A stretch of DNA of 64,000 nt, taken from Chrysomallon squamiferum (taxonomy: Eukaryota; Animalia; Mollusca). The DNA is taken from contig CM022679.1 in assembly GCA_012295275.1 (NCBI GenBank), forward strand, positions 6,386,001 through 6,450,000. The letters are read 5' to 3'. Within the stretch, counting starts at the first letter, position 1. Each line of letters opens with the position of its first letter. This document shows, piece after piece, positions 25,660 through 51,470 of the stretch. The position numbers were made by a program, and so were the translations under genes. A model generated the notes under the pieces. That model was not told the origin of the DNA. It did no database searches and saw only the letters and a program-made list of their open reading frames with translations.

Positions 25660-25960
25660 TTATCAGTAGAATACAGCTGTACAAAACCAGTACGAAACTA
25701 GCTCTAGAATTATACAATATAACACAAGTGTAGAATATTCCTGTTCAACACTGGGTGTAGTATATTTACAGTACAAAACGTGCTGAAGAATACTGCAGTA
25801 CTATACTGGCTGTAGAATATTACAGTACAAAACGTTCTGACGAATACTGCAGTAAAGAATATTACAGAAAAACACTGACTGTAGAATACTGCAGAATGAA
25901 AGTCGCTGTAGAATAATGCTGTACAAAACTTATTGCAGAATAATACTTGCTGCGGAATAT
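25660..25960. repeat. Degenerate minisatellite (gtagaata(c/t)t(g/a)cagtacaaaac-like units)
   Basis: Recurrent gtagaata, actgcagta and gtacaaaac motifs. These explain the repetitive spurious ORF 25710-25970. Confidence 0.7.
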
Positions 25961-27571
25961 TGCAACACAAAGTTTACCAGGTCATTGACTACGAAATTTA
26001 CAATATGACACACCAAATACTAGCGGTAAAATACTCGAGGACATTAATTAAGGTATATAGTTTGCAGTATAGTAACAGTACAAAATTACAAGCGATAGAA
26101 TACAATAAATAAATAAATAAATGAATAAGCAAACAAACAAAAAATAATAATAATAAAATAAAATAAAACAAAATAGAATCACTAGCAGAAGATAGGAGGG
26201 ATTTTCCACAGATGTTACATCGTGTTGTGATCTAATAGTTTAATTTTTCAAATTATAAGTAGCATGATAGTCATTTAGAATTTGTGTGTTGTGGCTAACG
26301 AAATTCCTATCTGTTAATGGAACCGGAGCACAGTTACTCCTAATATTGCTTTTCTTTATTGCTGTTTTACGGATACGCCCTCATACACAAAATGTTATTA
26401 CTACTATTACTACTGTGCTACTGTTATTGCTACTACTACCATTACTACTACTGCTGCTGCTACTACTACTAATACTACTACTACTGCTAATAATAATAAT
26501 AATAACAATAATGATGATGACGAAGATGATTTTACAAACTACAGCTATAAGCGCAAAATATTATAAATCCTTGTCAGTGTGTGTGGGGGTATGTCACGTG
26601 ACAAGGATATGATTAATCATCTGTCATGGTTTGTTTGTCGAGCCGTGCACACGATGTGTTGTGTGTCTTGGTTAATTGTTTCGCTTCGTTAATAGTTTCA
26701 CCTCGTTAACTCTTTTCCCGAAGATTTTGCTAACGTGGTCTTATAAATTATTCAGAAGAAATATCCGTTAGAACAAATTGCCTGAACCGCGACCTTGTCA
26801 TCAGTGACTAAGCCGAGCATTTTTATACATAACAAAAATCAAATGCAAATTTTTAATAAATAAATAAATTAATTAATTAATTAATTAAAAATTAAAAATA
26901 TTAATATCTGTATCTGTCTGTTAATCTGATTGCCTGTCGGTCTATTGCTCTTTCTCTCTATTTTTCTTTTTCTCAAGTATGTATATACATATATGTGTTT
27001 GTGTAGGGGTGAGGGGTCGGGGTGGGGGTGGAGAGAGTGTACTGGTGCCTGACTTTTTATACAAACACATATTTAAACCTGCATTTATGTACTGTATGCC
27101 AGACAAAATTAATATACATTAACAACCTTAGAAACAAAGTCTGGTACTAATGTCAGCTGAATCCACATATTATTTATTATGTTAATATTCTGTTTTCGCC
27201 GGTGTTCATTGTTTTCCTTATGTTTGGATATCTTTAAATATTCATTATTTATTCTTTTGTTGCTGGTTTATCTACCTGCTCGACACCAGTTAGAAGTAAA
27301 AAGGTTATTGCATTTCTTTACATTTCCCACAATTAAAAAAAGAGTAATAAAATTATAAACATTTAAATATGGAAACATAAACTTAAAATAAAAAGGAATA
27401 AATAGAATGAAAAGGAAAGAGGTAAGGAGAGAAAATAAACTATAAATAAATAGATATTAAATAAATATGCAAAAAACATTTTAAAAAAAAAAAAAAAAAG
27501 AAAGAAAGAAAGGAGAGTGGAATAATTTTGAAAAAATGAAATGGTTAATAGTAAAACACACACACACAAAA

Positions 27572-27602
<31 letters not shown>

Positions 27603-28014
27603 CATTACACAGCACGACAAGAAAAGTAGAAAATTGAACGAATTAACGAGAGAATGAAATGTAAAACTAATAGATTAAAAAAAAAAATGTTTCAATAATA
27701 AACGAAACACTTGTGATTACGGACACACACACACACACTACTATAGTCTTTCTCCAAAATTTCCACTTCACCGGTATCGAATAAAGAAAAGCAGCAGAAA
27801 ATGGTTCTGTGACACAATTATCTATAAACAAGCACGTTGAATATTTATTAAACGCCTGATTGTGTCGTTCGTTTATTCCTTGCCGAACGACAACGCACAC
27901 GGACCTGTCAATACGGCGGCGCTGGGTAACGCTGGACAACCATATTGATACCAACACACAGAAACAGAAAAGAAAGCACGCTACAATCGGTTGGGAGCTT
28001 CGTTTTCTTTAAGC

Positions 28015-38253
<10,239 letters not shown>

Positions 38254-38264
38254 AACAATATTTA

Positions 38265-38559
38265 TTCATTTATTTATTTATTTAAACCAGAATTTCACCG
38301 TCTTCCTAGATTGTGCCTTTAAGATATATTTCCATTTACTGGAGAATTATTATATTTTATTTATTTTATTTTATTTTATTATTTATTTTTTGTTGTTATT
38401 ATGATATGTATTTCACAATGCTATTATTCATTCATTCACTCATTCATTTTTTTTAAATTATTGTTATTTTGTTTACTCGATGGAATAAATTTGGTCATTA
38501 TATTTGATTTCCTCGTAGATGTAGAAAACAGAATTTAATCTTTTAAAAAATTTCTATTA

Positions 38560-38600
<41 letters not shown>

Positions 38601-39362
38601 TAATCATAATCAAAATAATAAATAATAGAAAATACAACATTAATAAATAAATTTGAGAAAAATAATTTTTCAAAATATTGTTATTTTGTTTACTTCACTT
38701 GATGAAATAAATTTGGTCATAATATTATTTGTTTTCCTCGTAGATGCTCACTTATTCACTGGCGTATTCAGGTATTTTCTTTTCTTGTGTCATTTTATTT
38801 CTTTTTAGACATTTTAAGTTTTAAAACGTAAAGGCAAGAACATTTGCGGTCTAAGGGAAATAACTCTATTTAAGAATCTTTATGCCATGGACAGTTTGAA
38901 AAATTGTTTATTTATTTATTTGAAACCAGAATTTCATCGTCTTCCTAGATTGTGCTTTTAATATACATTTCCATTTACTGAAAAATTATTTTATTTTATT
39001 TTATTTTATTATTTCTTATTGTTATTATCGTATTTACTTCACAATTCGTTCATTCATTTTTTTCTTTAAATCTTTTTCTTACAGTTATATCATGATCAAA
39101 GACGTCATAATAACGAATGTAGAAAACAAAATTTCATCTTTTTCAAAATTCTTTAAATGCAAAAAGAAAAATAATAGAAAATACAACATTAATAAATAAA
39201 TTATTGAAAATAATTTTTCAAAATATTGTCATTTTGTTTACTTGATTAAATAAATTTGGTCACAATATTATTTGTTTTAAAACGTAAAGGCAAGAAGATT
39301 TACGGTCTAAGAGAAATAACTCTATCTTAAAGTAAAACAAGAAACGCCGAGTTGTGTAACGT

Positions 39363-39397
<35 letters not shown>

Positions 39398-39424
39398 TAA
39401 ATAAATAAATAAATAAATAAATAA

Positions 39425-39470
<46 letters not shown>

Positions 39471-40770
39471 TAAATAAATAAATAAAATCTTTAAATCAAA
39501 TTAAATTATCATTACTTTTATTTTCTTGCATTCCACAGTGTCACACAATTTATTTTTGTCTATGCTGATTTTACTTCAACAAATGTGAGTTAATACTACA
39601 AAGAACCATGAAAATGTTATTAATTTATTAAGAAAAATAATAACATTAAGAATAATAAATAAAAAATTGCTTAGTTTTCTATTATTTTTTAATTATTTTA
39701 TTTTATTTTATTTTTCTTGATTGTCTGGTATTAGTACTTGAAAAACCAAAATCTTTTATTTAGAGTTATTCCGCTTGCACCAGTGTTGTTCCTTCTTATT
39801 TAATTTATTTAGCTGTTTATTTATTTATTTATTTATTTATTTATTTGTTTGTTTGTTTGAAACCAGAATTTCACACTCTTTCTAGATTGTGCCTTTAAGG
39901 TGTATTTCCATTTACCAAAGAATTATTTTATTTTATTTTATTTTATTATTTCTTAATATTATTTTCATTTTACTTGATAAATTTATGCTATTATTCATTC
40001 ATTCATTCATTTTTTTTTTCAAATTTTTTTTCATGTAGTAATATTATGATCAAAGAATACATAATAACGAATGTAGAAAAAAATATTGAATGTTTCAAAA
40101 ATTTCTTTTAAATGAATAATAATAATAATAATAATAACAGAAAATACATTAATAAATAAATTAGAGAAAAATAATTTTTCAAATTATTGTTATTTTGTTT
40201 ACTTTACTCGATGAAATATTTTAGTCATAATATTATTTGTTTTGCTCATAGAGGTTTACTTATTCACTGGCGTATTCAAGTATTTTCATTTTTTGTCATT
40301 TTAATACTGCTTGAACTAGCGTTTAAAATGTAAAGGCAACAATATTTACGGTCTAAGAGAAATAATAAATAAATAAATAAATAAATAAATCTTTAAATCG
40401 AAATTCCGTTCTTATTCTCCTAAATCAAGAATAATAATTTTAAAAATATCTTTATTTTATTTTTCTTTCCCGTGAGGTATTAGTAACGGAAAAAAACAAA
40501 TTATTTTATTAAGAGTTATTCCCCTTACACCAGTGTTGTTGCTTTCTAATTTTATACATTTATTTATTTATTTATTAGACTGTCATCATCATTTGATTTT
40601 TCATCATGATTTTTTTTTTTGGTTAGGAATAATCAAAATAAATTGCTTATAGAATTAAATATAATATTACTAGGCTTACAATCGATGCAAAATATATTCT
40701 TTATTTCTCAGGTATCCGAGAACATGAAAATGTCAAACATCGTTTTAGAGTTATTCCCCTTACACCATTT
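38265..40770. repeat. Diverged tandem triplication immediately downstream of the death-domain gene stop
   Basis: aaaccagaatttca...ctagattgtgc starts copies near 38284, 38923 and 39860. Each runs to cggtctaag(g/a)gaaataa (near 38848, 39303, 40349). Confidence 0.85.
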
Positions 40771-43700
40771 TGTGTTTAGTTTTAATTTGATCACAACCAC
40801 GTAATAATGCAAATAAAATAATAATACACTTATATACGTTTGTGCAAGAACGAAATTTTGGCTTTTACATATACTATTATCTAAAATAAAAATAGAAAAA
40901 GCGACTAGAAAAAAAGAAAGAAGAAATAAAGTTCTTCATTTTATTTATGTTTTTTTTTTTTTTTTTTTGAATTAGTTGCATAGATATAAAGTGAAATTTT
41001 TTCATAGTATCTGTAACCATCAAAATAAAAAAAATATATATTATAGTAGTTTGTTTTAAACATAATATTAATACTTGTACTTATATAATCATTAACTACA
41101 CAAATTCAATCATCTGTACTTCCACCTGAGGATTGTAATGTCATCCTGTCTAAATGAAAGTTAATGTAAAAAAATAATAATAAACAAAGAAACTTGCTGC
41201 AGCTGCTAACCAAAACACACCAAAAATCTATATTTTCTCATCAGAATCAGATTAACCTAGAAATGCTATTAACCTTTAATAAAAAATATTATGAACACTC
41301 CAATGAAAAAAAATAAGAACAAAACATTATTTTAAATTTTTTAATGCATTTACTGTAAGAATAGTAACAGAACGTGGAAATAACAACTCCACCAGATCTG
41401 ATCAAACCACTTACAGGAGTATGTACATTTTGTAACATACAATTTGCAGCTATACTTTTAAATATATGATAATACATGTACAAACTGAAGTGGTTGCATT
41501 TCTACCAGCTCAATGTAACATTAAACATAGTATATGCTTATGGTTATATACAAGTGCAATACCCAAAACTTACAATTTCAATATAAAATATTTTTCTATA
41601 AATGAATGAACCAAAAAAAAAAAGAAGCATAAAAAAATGTTTACAACATTTATGTCTAGTTTCACTGTATTCATAAATTCATGTACAAAATAATTAAATT
41701 CACCACTCAGCATCCAGCAAGTGTAACAACATATACTTTTAACCCACATAAATTATCAGATTATATAACCAACCACTATATAACAATCTACCCACCAACA
41801 TGGTTATGTTAGAAAATCTTGAACACTATTTGTTTTATATTTGTGTCCCTTTATTGCTTCCTAACAAACATAAAAATAATCATATACTGCACAATTTGTT
41901 TCAGTCATAAAATTATTCAAAGTGTGCATTCTCTGAAAATTCATGGATATGTTCAAGACTTGTACTTGGTGCTTTAAAGTATTTATACTTCACGCTCTAC
42001 AGAAATTAAATCATCTGTTTCTTTATTTACATTTAAAGGTAGTATTGATTTACAGGTCCAAACTGAGATCATGGCCTGTAAGATGTTTATGAAGTTTTGG
42101 ATTCTGTGAAAAAATCTGAAACACACACATACACAATCCACACATCCATTCATAACTTACTGTCTCATATGCTCCATCATCTTCAGTTATTTATAAAGTA
42201 TTCTGTTTAGTTATATTAATACAGTAACTTTACAGTTATCAGTCGTAGCACACTTAAATGTCCTAGTAGTATTTGCAATGAATCAAAATATCTTCACTAT
42301 GATCAGATATTGATTCTTTTATTTTGAAAAACAAAATGCCACAAAAAAAAGAAAAAGCCACATTAAAAAAACAAAAACAAAGCAGTTTAGTTTGGATAAC
42401 AGTGATAAAAACAGATTACTTCTTGGAGTTAAAACAAACAATCTCTAGTAATTCAAAACTAACACTTTATCTCTACTTCACACCACTAAAACAAAGTTAA
42501 CAAAACTTCCAAATGCATAAAAATAACCCATATATTAAACTGCTGATCATATATTTATATATATATTTCCAGCAGCAACACATAAGTTGAACATTTACAT
42601 ATTATGTACATTCATAAATTTACACACATAAATTCAGTTATTTCATCTTTCATTCATTATATACAATAAACATTATTCAAATGAAATTACAGGTTAGGAG
42701 TTACAGGTCAAAATCCACTATCCACAAATCCAAGAATCTTTGAAAACCTATTTGCTGTTTTTTGTTATTTGTTATGAAATTAGTATTTTGGATGAGTATT
42801 AAGTGTCACTGGTAGTTATGATCTGATGTATTTAATATTTTACATAACAAATCTTGCACACTTTCTACCATCCACTACTAAGGATAATGGATATTTGATC
42901 TGAATTAATTTTTTGCTATTTAAAAATACTCCTAGCTATTCCCAAATTGTTCCTGTTAACTTTTTATATATATATACACAACTGATAACATTCAGAAAAA
43001 GAAACAGAATAAATAATTTCCTGTACCCCCAACTCTCCCCATAAATCTAGACTTCCACTTTTATTTTTACAACCAATATAAACACCACGGTATTTTTAAA
43101 ATCATGAATTGTAACTAATTTAACATTCTGTAATATTTAATTTACTACAACATAATCTTGGTTTAAAAACTGTTCAAAATCACATCAATATAATCTATAG
43201 TTTTTAGACTGTTAATTATTCTTAAACTGGTTTACAGACTTTTTAATTTTTTTGACACAATGGACAAAATGACAAACATTATATCATGTTATATTTTCTG
43301 TTTAAAAAAAAAAAAAAAAAGTGTAATTGAAAACCACATCTGATGACAAACTATTACCTGAAAAAGAAAAATCAATTGCAATTAATGAACAAAAAAACCT
43401 AATAAATTTTCTTAGCTGTGTCTGATTAAGTATGTAAATTGACAACTTCTAAAAAAGACCAAACTGTCATAAAATTGAAACTGGTCAACTTTAAAAGATA
43501 AATTAACTTCAGTTTTGTCAAAGTAACTCTTTGTGTGGTATCACAATTAAAATCCATGTAAAACGGTGTTAATGAAAATTGCAAAGGTTCTTAAACAAAA
43601 TTAAATACACAATTGTAACAGTACACTGGAATGAATTACACATTGTAACAAACAGCACACACAAAATGACAATAAAAATGAAAATTCAACTTGCTAATCA

Positions 43701-44701
43701 AGGTTCTCATAGCAATAAATAAAACACAAATCTTCTCAACTTTATTCACTTTCATCTGAAACTACTAGTATTTATCTTAGGTCAGGGAATGGAATTAAAA
43801 ATATGATTTAAAAAAAAAAAAAATCTGTTTTATATGGTTCTACTTTCAGTTAAGTACAAATTTATTCCATTACCCCATTCATGCTTGTGTATGTATAATA
43901 TCAGCCATTCAAAATACATCCGTAACATTTAACAGAACAGTTTATCCTTTAATACAATACTGACAAAATGCTGTGGGGATTTTTCAAGACAAATTCAAAA
44001 TATTAAATATTCAAAAATAGATTTTATTTCATGACTATGCCAGTATGGCAGTGTCAGTGAGATCATGCCCAAGGAAAAAAAAATGAAAAGGCTATTGTTG
44101 TAAACTGAAAACTAATAGCTTAAGGTACTTTAAAAATGTAATATTGTTTTGTTTCTTTTGTTAAAATAAAATATTAATTTTTCTTTTATTGGTTGAGATT
44201 AATGTTTTATATATTTTCCAGTTTATTGGTTATTAAAAAATGTTTTAAAAATGTTATAACGATACTATCTTTTCTTGATGTAAGTTCCCAATTTTAATCT
44301 GAAAAATAAAGACAACTGAATGAATAAAACAACAGAAATTAAATTATACACAGATAAAGCTATGAAAATATCCTGAATAACACCAGAACCATGTACTTTT
44401 AACATTCAGTTTAGCATTGAGTGTTAATCTGCACTGTTCATGTAAGTACTTTTATCAATCAGCTACTGCAATGTGGTTTCATCATCTTCACCACTGTTGT
44501 TTGAAATTATTTCAAGTTTTTAGTATTCCTGCATTTTTTTATTCACAGACTTTCAGAAGTAATTGGTATGATGATAAATCATACACTGACATGTCGAAGA
44601 TTAAGAATTCTCAACACACCCATCCATCACCATAAACAGTTAACACATCACATTTCACATTTTCAGCTGTCTAATGCACAGGAGGAGGAGAATGGACAAC
44701 A

Positions 44702-47700
44702 TTAATCAATTTTTACTGTTGAATAGATTTTTCTCACAAACTTGCTTGTCCCAAGATAACCAAAGGTTCCTGTGAGGAAAAAAAAGAAAAAAAGAAACAC
44801 AAATATTATATTATCTGGCACCAGAATTCAAGAAAAATTTATAGAATTAAAAAAAAAGAAGAAGTTTCCTTTGTTTAAATTTTTAAATATTTTTTTTAAT
44901 TTATAATCATCAAACATCCTTGTTATTAAGCAAATATAAATACATTTATAAAATTATGTATTTTTATCATATTATGCCCCAAAAAGCATGCTCTTATAAA
45001 ATGTTCTCATGTTTTATTAATTCTTGTCATTTGAACAAGATTTCAACTGAAGAATAAGCAGTAACTTACCACACATAATACCAAGACCCACACTAAACAA
45101 TGCCATGTAACCAAAGTAGAAGGTTGTCTGGAACAGGCCATACATTCTGAAAATTTTAAAATATTACAATAAGAAATATTAGAAGTATTTAAAATCAAAA
45201 TGTTTTCTATACATATTAAACTGTACTGTACTACTATGCTGTTATGATATTGCTGAAATGTAATTTTTAATCCGAGAAGATATGTTTTCAGTTAATATTA
45301 TGCATACTTTTCAATTTATGGACCTAAGAATGAGAAAGTCCCGGTTTTCAAAAGAAAATTTTTACTTTTTCAGAATCACATTGAGATAAAATAAAGGTAG
45401 AAAGTATCACTTACTTTGTTTTGAAGAAAAAATAATAAAATGAATAAAGATAGACATAGCCTGAAGTAGATGCTGCTGCTAGAAAACTGGTCCACTGCCT
45501 GTGTAAAAGAAGGAATCATTTATGAAGACAAATTCCACAACACGAAATAATTATTTGGTAAAATTTAAAAACATACATTTTTTTCCTGTAGACTCTGGTA
45601 AAAAAAAGATTTTATTATGAGGTTAAAAAATATAAATAATATAAAATTAAAGCTAATACAGATTGTGTTATTCATGTATCTTTACCATTTTTAAAAGAAA
45701 CAGTAAAAATGAAAAAATATCAATCTGAAACCTGTTAAAGAATGTTGATTAAATGTTTTTCTAAAGTCAATTAACAGGTTTTCCAAAACAGTTTAAAACA
45801 ACTTCAATAAAGAAAATACCATAATAAAGGTAATATAGTGCTTGTTCTTTTAATTTATTAAATGAACCTTATAGCAGACATACCATCGATAATCTTCTGC
45901 ATTCAGTAAGAAGTAGGTGCAGACAATGGTCACACAGGTGGTTACAATGGCCAGAATTAGAAACACAAGCAGCATGAAACCATACACATAATATATCTTG
46001 TAGGCCCAGAATGATGTGAAAATAAAATACCTGTGAAAACAAAACAGAAATTTTAACATAAAAATGATAAACTATATAAATATGTTTAGCATTCACAGTG
46101 AAATCAATCATATAAATCAAAATAACTTTATATGCTTTGTCAGTAACAAAAAAGGTATAACAGGATACATTAAATATTACTGAAAATATTTGTAAAATGA
46201 TATCCTTAAACCAAATTAATATTATTCTAGGTTTAACATTTTTCAAAACTGATAATGAAATTTCTTTGAATATTTTTCACAATTACTAATCTGGTGCATA
46301 CACTAACAGAACAAAGAAAATAACTATGGAATAAAAACATACATTTCAATAAATATGGAGCCAAAAGGCAGAATGCCTCCCAGGACAACAATGACTGATG
46401 GTTCCATAAACCTGAAAATTATAAAAATAATAATTGATATATAAATTCTAATGACACAGTTATAAAAGCTCTGACAGAAACTAGTGTTACATTTTAAATA
46501 ATTTAATCATATCTTTTTTTTTTTAAAGTTATTTATATTAGCAACATGTTAACTGCTCACAATTGTCTGTTTATTACATCACTGTGACATATTTACCCAA
46601 TAGTCTTAACTATGTGGTGAAATAAACATATTTCAACTTTTCTTTATGTTCTACTCATATAAAATATTAATAATTCCTAATGCAATTCACCATTTCTTTT
46701 CTGGGATAGGTCTTGGAACAGCATTGATCCGACATGGGTAATTTGGTTGGCCAGACAAATTGCGACCAAGAACTGTGCCCACCAGTGTCAGTGGGAGGAT
46801 TACAAAGATACATATACATGTGACAGCCACCTGTAACAGAAATACTTAGTATTTATTATGAAAGTACATAAACAGTATCCATTTAATATTAATAAAAATG
46901 CATTTGAATTTTATAAGATATAATAACTTAAACAAGTGTGCCAGTATCAGGACATGTATCAGCAATACAGACGTGACATCCTTAAAAGCTACCATCAAGC
47001 AAATTAATTAATGAAAACCACAGGATTAAACAATCACTCAGATATTTAAGTATAACTATATGATAATTATGTTAGAAAAAAAAATATCTCCTAAACAACT
47101 TTATCAAATAAACCCAATAGATATTTTATTCAAATATAAATGATAGCATTATGATAAAAATGATTTTTAAAATGTCAATTAAAACAATGGACCTACCATT
47201 GTTCCGAATGGAATGGCTCGTGAAGCATGGTAGTATATAGCAATAAAATTGATGAAGAAAGCTGTCCCACACACAAATGTTGGCAGCATGAAGGCACTCA
47301 GTATCATCTGTTTGATCCATACTTTCCCTGTAACATACAAAACAAATAAATTAGGTTTTCAAAACAGAAACAAGTTTTATATATTATTAATAATAATTAA
47401 AATACATTATCAATTCACAATATAATTATTTTCAGCTCGTTATTGCTATATTTTAAATTTAAAGATAAATATTATTTTCCAGTGAAAAACACCAAAATAA
47501 ATTATTAACTCGGAATGGGAATTATACAACTTTCTAGACATGATCAGTTTTCCAGACATCTTTAACAATCTGTAAATACCTACCTCCCATTCTTGCATAC
47601 AGACTGCCACCACAATATCCATTCACAGGTGCTGTGGCTGCATACACAAATATGGCTGTACTAAGCAGGGAACCTCGCCTAAAAAACACAGCCCTATAGG

Positions 47701-50700
47701 TTTATTATTCCTAAATAGTTTTTTAAAACAACTTTCTTTTCAAATTATAACCTATTCTGATTTACAGATAAAATAATTTTTTAAATACTTAATCGTCTTA
47801 GTTAATTAAAATAAACAAAAAAAAAGATTGTTTGAATAATTTATTTTTTAAATTATAATTTTTATTATGCATAAGTGGTCACTTTGCTGTGAAATAGAAA
47901 CATTTTTCCCCTGTTATTTAAAAAAAATATAAGTTACTAATATATTAAACTAAATTCCATAGAAACAGATCACTGCTTTCAAAAATGTATTATGTGCAGG
48001 AATGGCACTGTGTTAATGGGTTATTGTAAATTAACTTGTATATGTATTTACTCTGTGTACAGCTCTGCAACAATAGCAAATGTTATAACACAAGTAGCTA
48101 CAATAGCTATGTGATAACCAGTTCCAATCAGTGATGAAAATAACATAGGATGTGAAGCTGGGCGGAAAACATCACCGTGAACCTGTTTCCATCCATATTC
48201 ATCTCCAAGATCCTTTTCCTGCAAGTATCGTATTTAAAATGGTAATTAGTAACTGAAGCAACTAATATAGGTGTTACTGTTTAACAAGTCTGAAAGCAGC
48301 CAATTCCTCATTCTGTTTAAAAATTATTATGTTACAGACTGTAGACACTAGGTCCCATATTTGATATCAACATTTTTTTAAACTTGCCAGACCTTCACAT
48401 TTAATCCATGTGTTATTTATAATTAACTATTTTCATTTTTGAAGTGATTCAAAATGCAAACATAATATCCTTCATCAATGTTAACATCACTATATGCCTT
48501 CATAACTTACCATGTCATCAAGATCTTCTTCTTTGCTGTATCTGGCATAGTCCTTGCGAAGAGTTCTCATCAAAATCATACTGACCAACCCAACCAGAAA
48601 TATGACCATCATGAAGGAATTGAAAATGCTGAACCAATGGATCTGAAATATATATATAACATTTATATATCATTAACTCTAGATTTTGTCTTAACATGGA
48701 GAAAAGAACCATTTGGAAAATATTTGACATTTTAAATTCTAGACTATGAACAAATCAACATATAAATTAATCATGCTATTAACAAAAGTAATATAAATGT
48801 AATACAGAATAAATTTAAAATTTAAGAAAGTTGTGAAATATGATTAGTGATGGAAGTAAAACTTATATAAATAAATAAATATATTCTTCACTATTTATTC
48901 ATTTAATTATGTATAATTTTATTAGAATTATAAATTTGATTTATCAACATGATTTTTTTTATTGACACATCAATATATTGAGATGTTATATTCTTACCCG
49001 ATGCTGAAAGAAGTTGGGATCCAGATACTTATCAAATCTGTCAGCAAATTTTACCTTTGATTCATGCCATTTCACCTGAAAATATTTATCAAGTCCAACA
49101 AAATGTTATCAATAATGTATTTTTGATTCTGTCTGGGGAGTACTTTCACTGTAGTATAGTTAATGTAACTATTTAAATATCTTGGCTTTTAAAAATTAAA
49201 AAATAAATAAATCTTTGTTTCATAGTACCATTAAATCTCTTTAAAAAAATGGTTAGTTATTTAAGAGAAAAGCCATGTTGATGCTGTGATAAAAAAAAAT
49301 TGAAATCATCTGTCACTGCAGCTTCACACACAACAAAATATCTGTATAATATTAACAAGAACAGAAATGGGCCAATCGGTTCACTGAATGTACACAAGTT
49401 ACTATTACAAGAATGCAGAGCTGCTGCAAACATTTACCTCGTATGTAAATGGAATTTTTATTCCTTGAGTAAGTTTAACTTTGACCTCGCTTGTCAGATT
49501 AACATCAACAATCATTTTGCCATTGTATCCAATATCAAACTTTTTGTGAGTCCATATATAGTGTCCATCTCCACCTTCATCAATTTCTCCAACAATACCT
49601 AGGAATGGTAAAATAATAATAAAAATGAAATAAAATAATGAATAAATACAAAATAAAATATTTTCTTTGGATAGAATTCACAGACAATATAATAAAAGCT
49701 AGAAATGATCTATTATATACATGTTTCTATTATTATACTTGCCCCATATTGGAAGATCATCAATATACATCTGATACCAGTAATGATTCCTGACTGCATA
49801 GATGAAAGCTTGAAACTTCTTTTCTGTTAATTCAATAGAACAGTATTCTGTTTTCACCATGTCAGCTACAAAAGAATGCATAAATTGTTAGACAAACTGA
49901 AACTAAATATTTATTATTTATGTCATAAACAGAAAATATAATGTCAAAAATAAAGACAAACAAATACCTTTAAAATCAATATCAAGTCCACTGAAGTCCA
50001 ATTCAACACCAAGGAGAGCTTCACCAAGAGTTTCATGATAATGACTTATTGACTCTTTAGGTCCACGGCAGAATGGCAGTGAATAGTATTCGTAAGTCTC
50101 TTGTCGATTGTGGTATGGTCCAACAGTATTCATCCAGAGAACAACCTCTTCTCCATCTTCATACTGTGGGGGAAAAAATATTAAACTGTATCATCTCAAA
50201 ATCATAGAGAAAATTATAAATGCCACCTTTAATGCTCTATACAAAACTGTACTCATTTATTAATGATACCTCCCCAACCAAAAAAAGAGATGTTATTTTT
50301 GCAGACTATAATAATTAATTAAAATATTATTTATCAAAAATTTGGTAACAACTACAAAAAACAAGATAGACAAAAGATATACTTATAAAAATCCATTAAA
50401 ATTTGAACAATCTCACTAGGATATAATGTTATCACATTGTAAAAACAAAAAGATTTTCCTTCCAAATAAAATTTCACTATTTGAATGTGTGAATGTATAT
50501 CATACTATATGTGAAATAAAAAATAAAAATAACGCATTTATAGAACAGTGCAAGACAATTATCATTATTATTTTTCTTTTTTAATTAAATTTGAAATTTT
50601 ATTATTGTTTTTAATTATTTTTCCTGAAGGGTTAAATTATTATTTTCAATTTTGTAATAAAGAAAATATATAATCATATGAAAACTGCAGTGGATAATGG

Positions 50701-51470
50701 AATATTGACAACTAATATAAAATGGTTATATTAAAATTATAAAATATTTAATATACATCACACTGGTCGATGAAATGTCTTAGAATACATATGATATAAA
50801 TCATAATGTTTTGGTACTGACAATCTATCATACCTTAGTCAAAATATGGTAAAAGTATTGACAGTTTGTTATAAAACTATAATCTCTTTACCTATCCTTT
50901 ATAATTACAGTTTAATAATTAAAATATATGTTTATCCTCTTTAGAGAACATACTACATAATATACGATATCAAATTTTTCATACCTGCTATTCAGCTATA
51001 TGTATATTTTATTAATTTTGATGTAATCTTCCACAATTTAATGTTCAGAATCTGTGATGCAGTCATTCTGATGTAATTTGATAAGCGACACAAATCACGA
51101 AAATACTGACTATAATAATGTATTACTTTTATAAATAAAACAGTTATAATACTAGTACTAATAAAACCAGTGCAGGTTGCTACTTGTAGATTTCCAAATA
51201 TTGGTTTCTTAAAAAATGTAAGTATGTACTAGAATCATAAACCTATAAAATAAATGGTTTAAAAATGCTCTTTTGTTTTATTACTAATCATTAAGTCCAA
51301 CTATATTAATCGTTTAAGTGAATCACGAATGAATTTGTATTATATAAGTTGACAACTGACAGTTCATACACCACCAATGTAATACTTACAATATGATTAT
51401 GCTCATCACATCGAATAAGACAAAACAAAAAAGATGTAATCAGTAGTTTTGTTAAATGTATAACGGTCAT
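44702..51470 (-). CDS. TM9SF3: Transmembrane 9 superfamily member 3 (15 coding exons, ~582 aa)
   Basis: Exons (high-low): 51470-51390, 50163-49968, 49865-49743, 49598-49438, 49075-48998, 48642-48511, 48218-48052, 47678-47584, 47327-47197, 46830-46691, 46411-46343, 46030-45884, 45498-45415, 45146-45070, 44769-44702, all in frame. Motifs [45 protein letters not shown] and C-terminal [12 protein letters not shown]. Confidence 0.96.

Noticed and set aside
25660-25960. Repeat array as CRISPR-like
   Set aside because: Eukaryotic context, degenerate units with no distinct repeat-spacer pattern, no cas genes.
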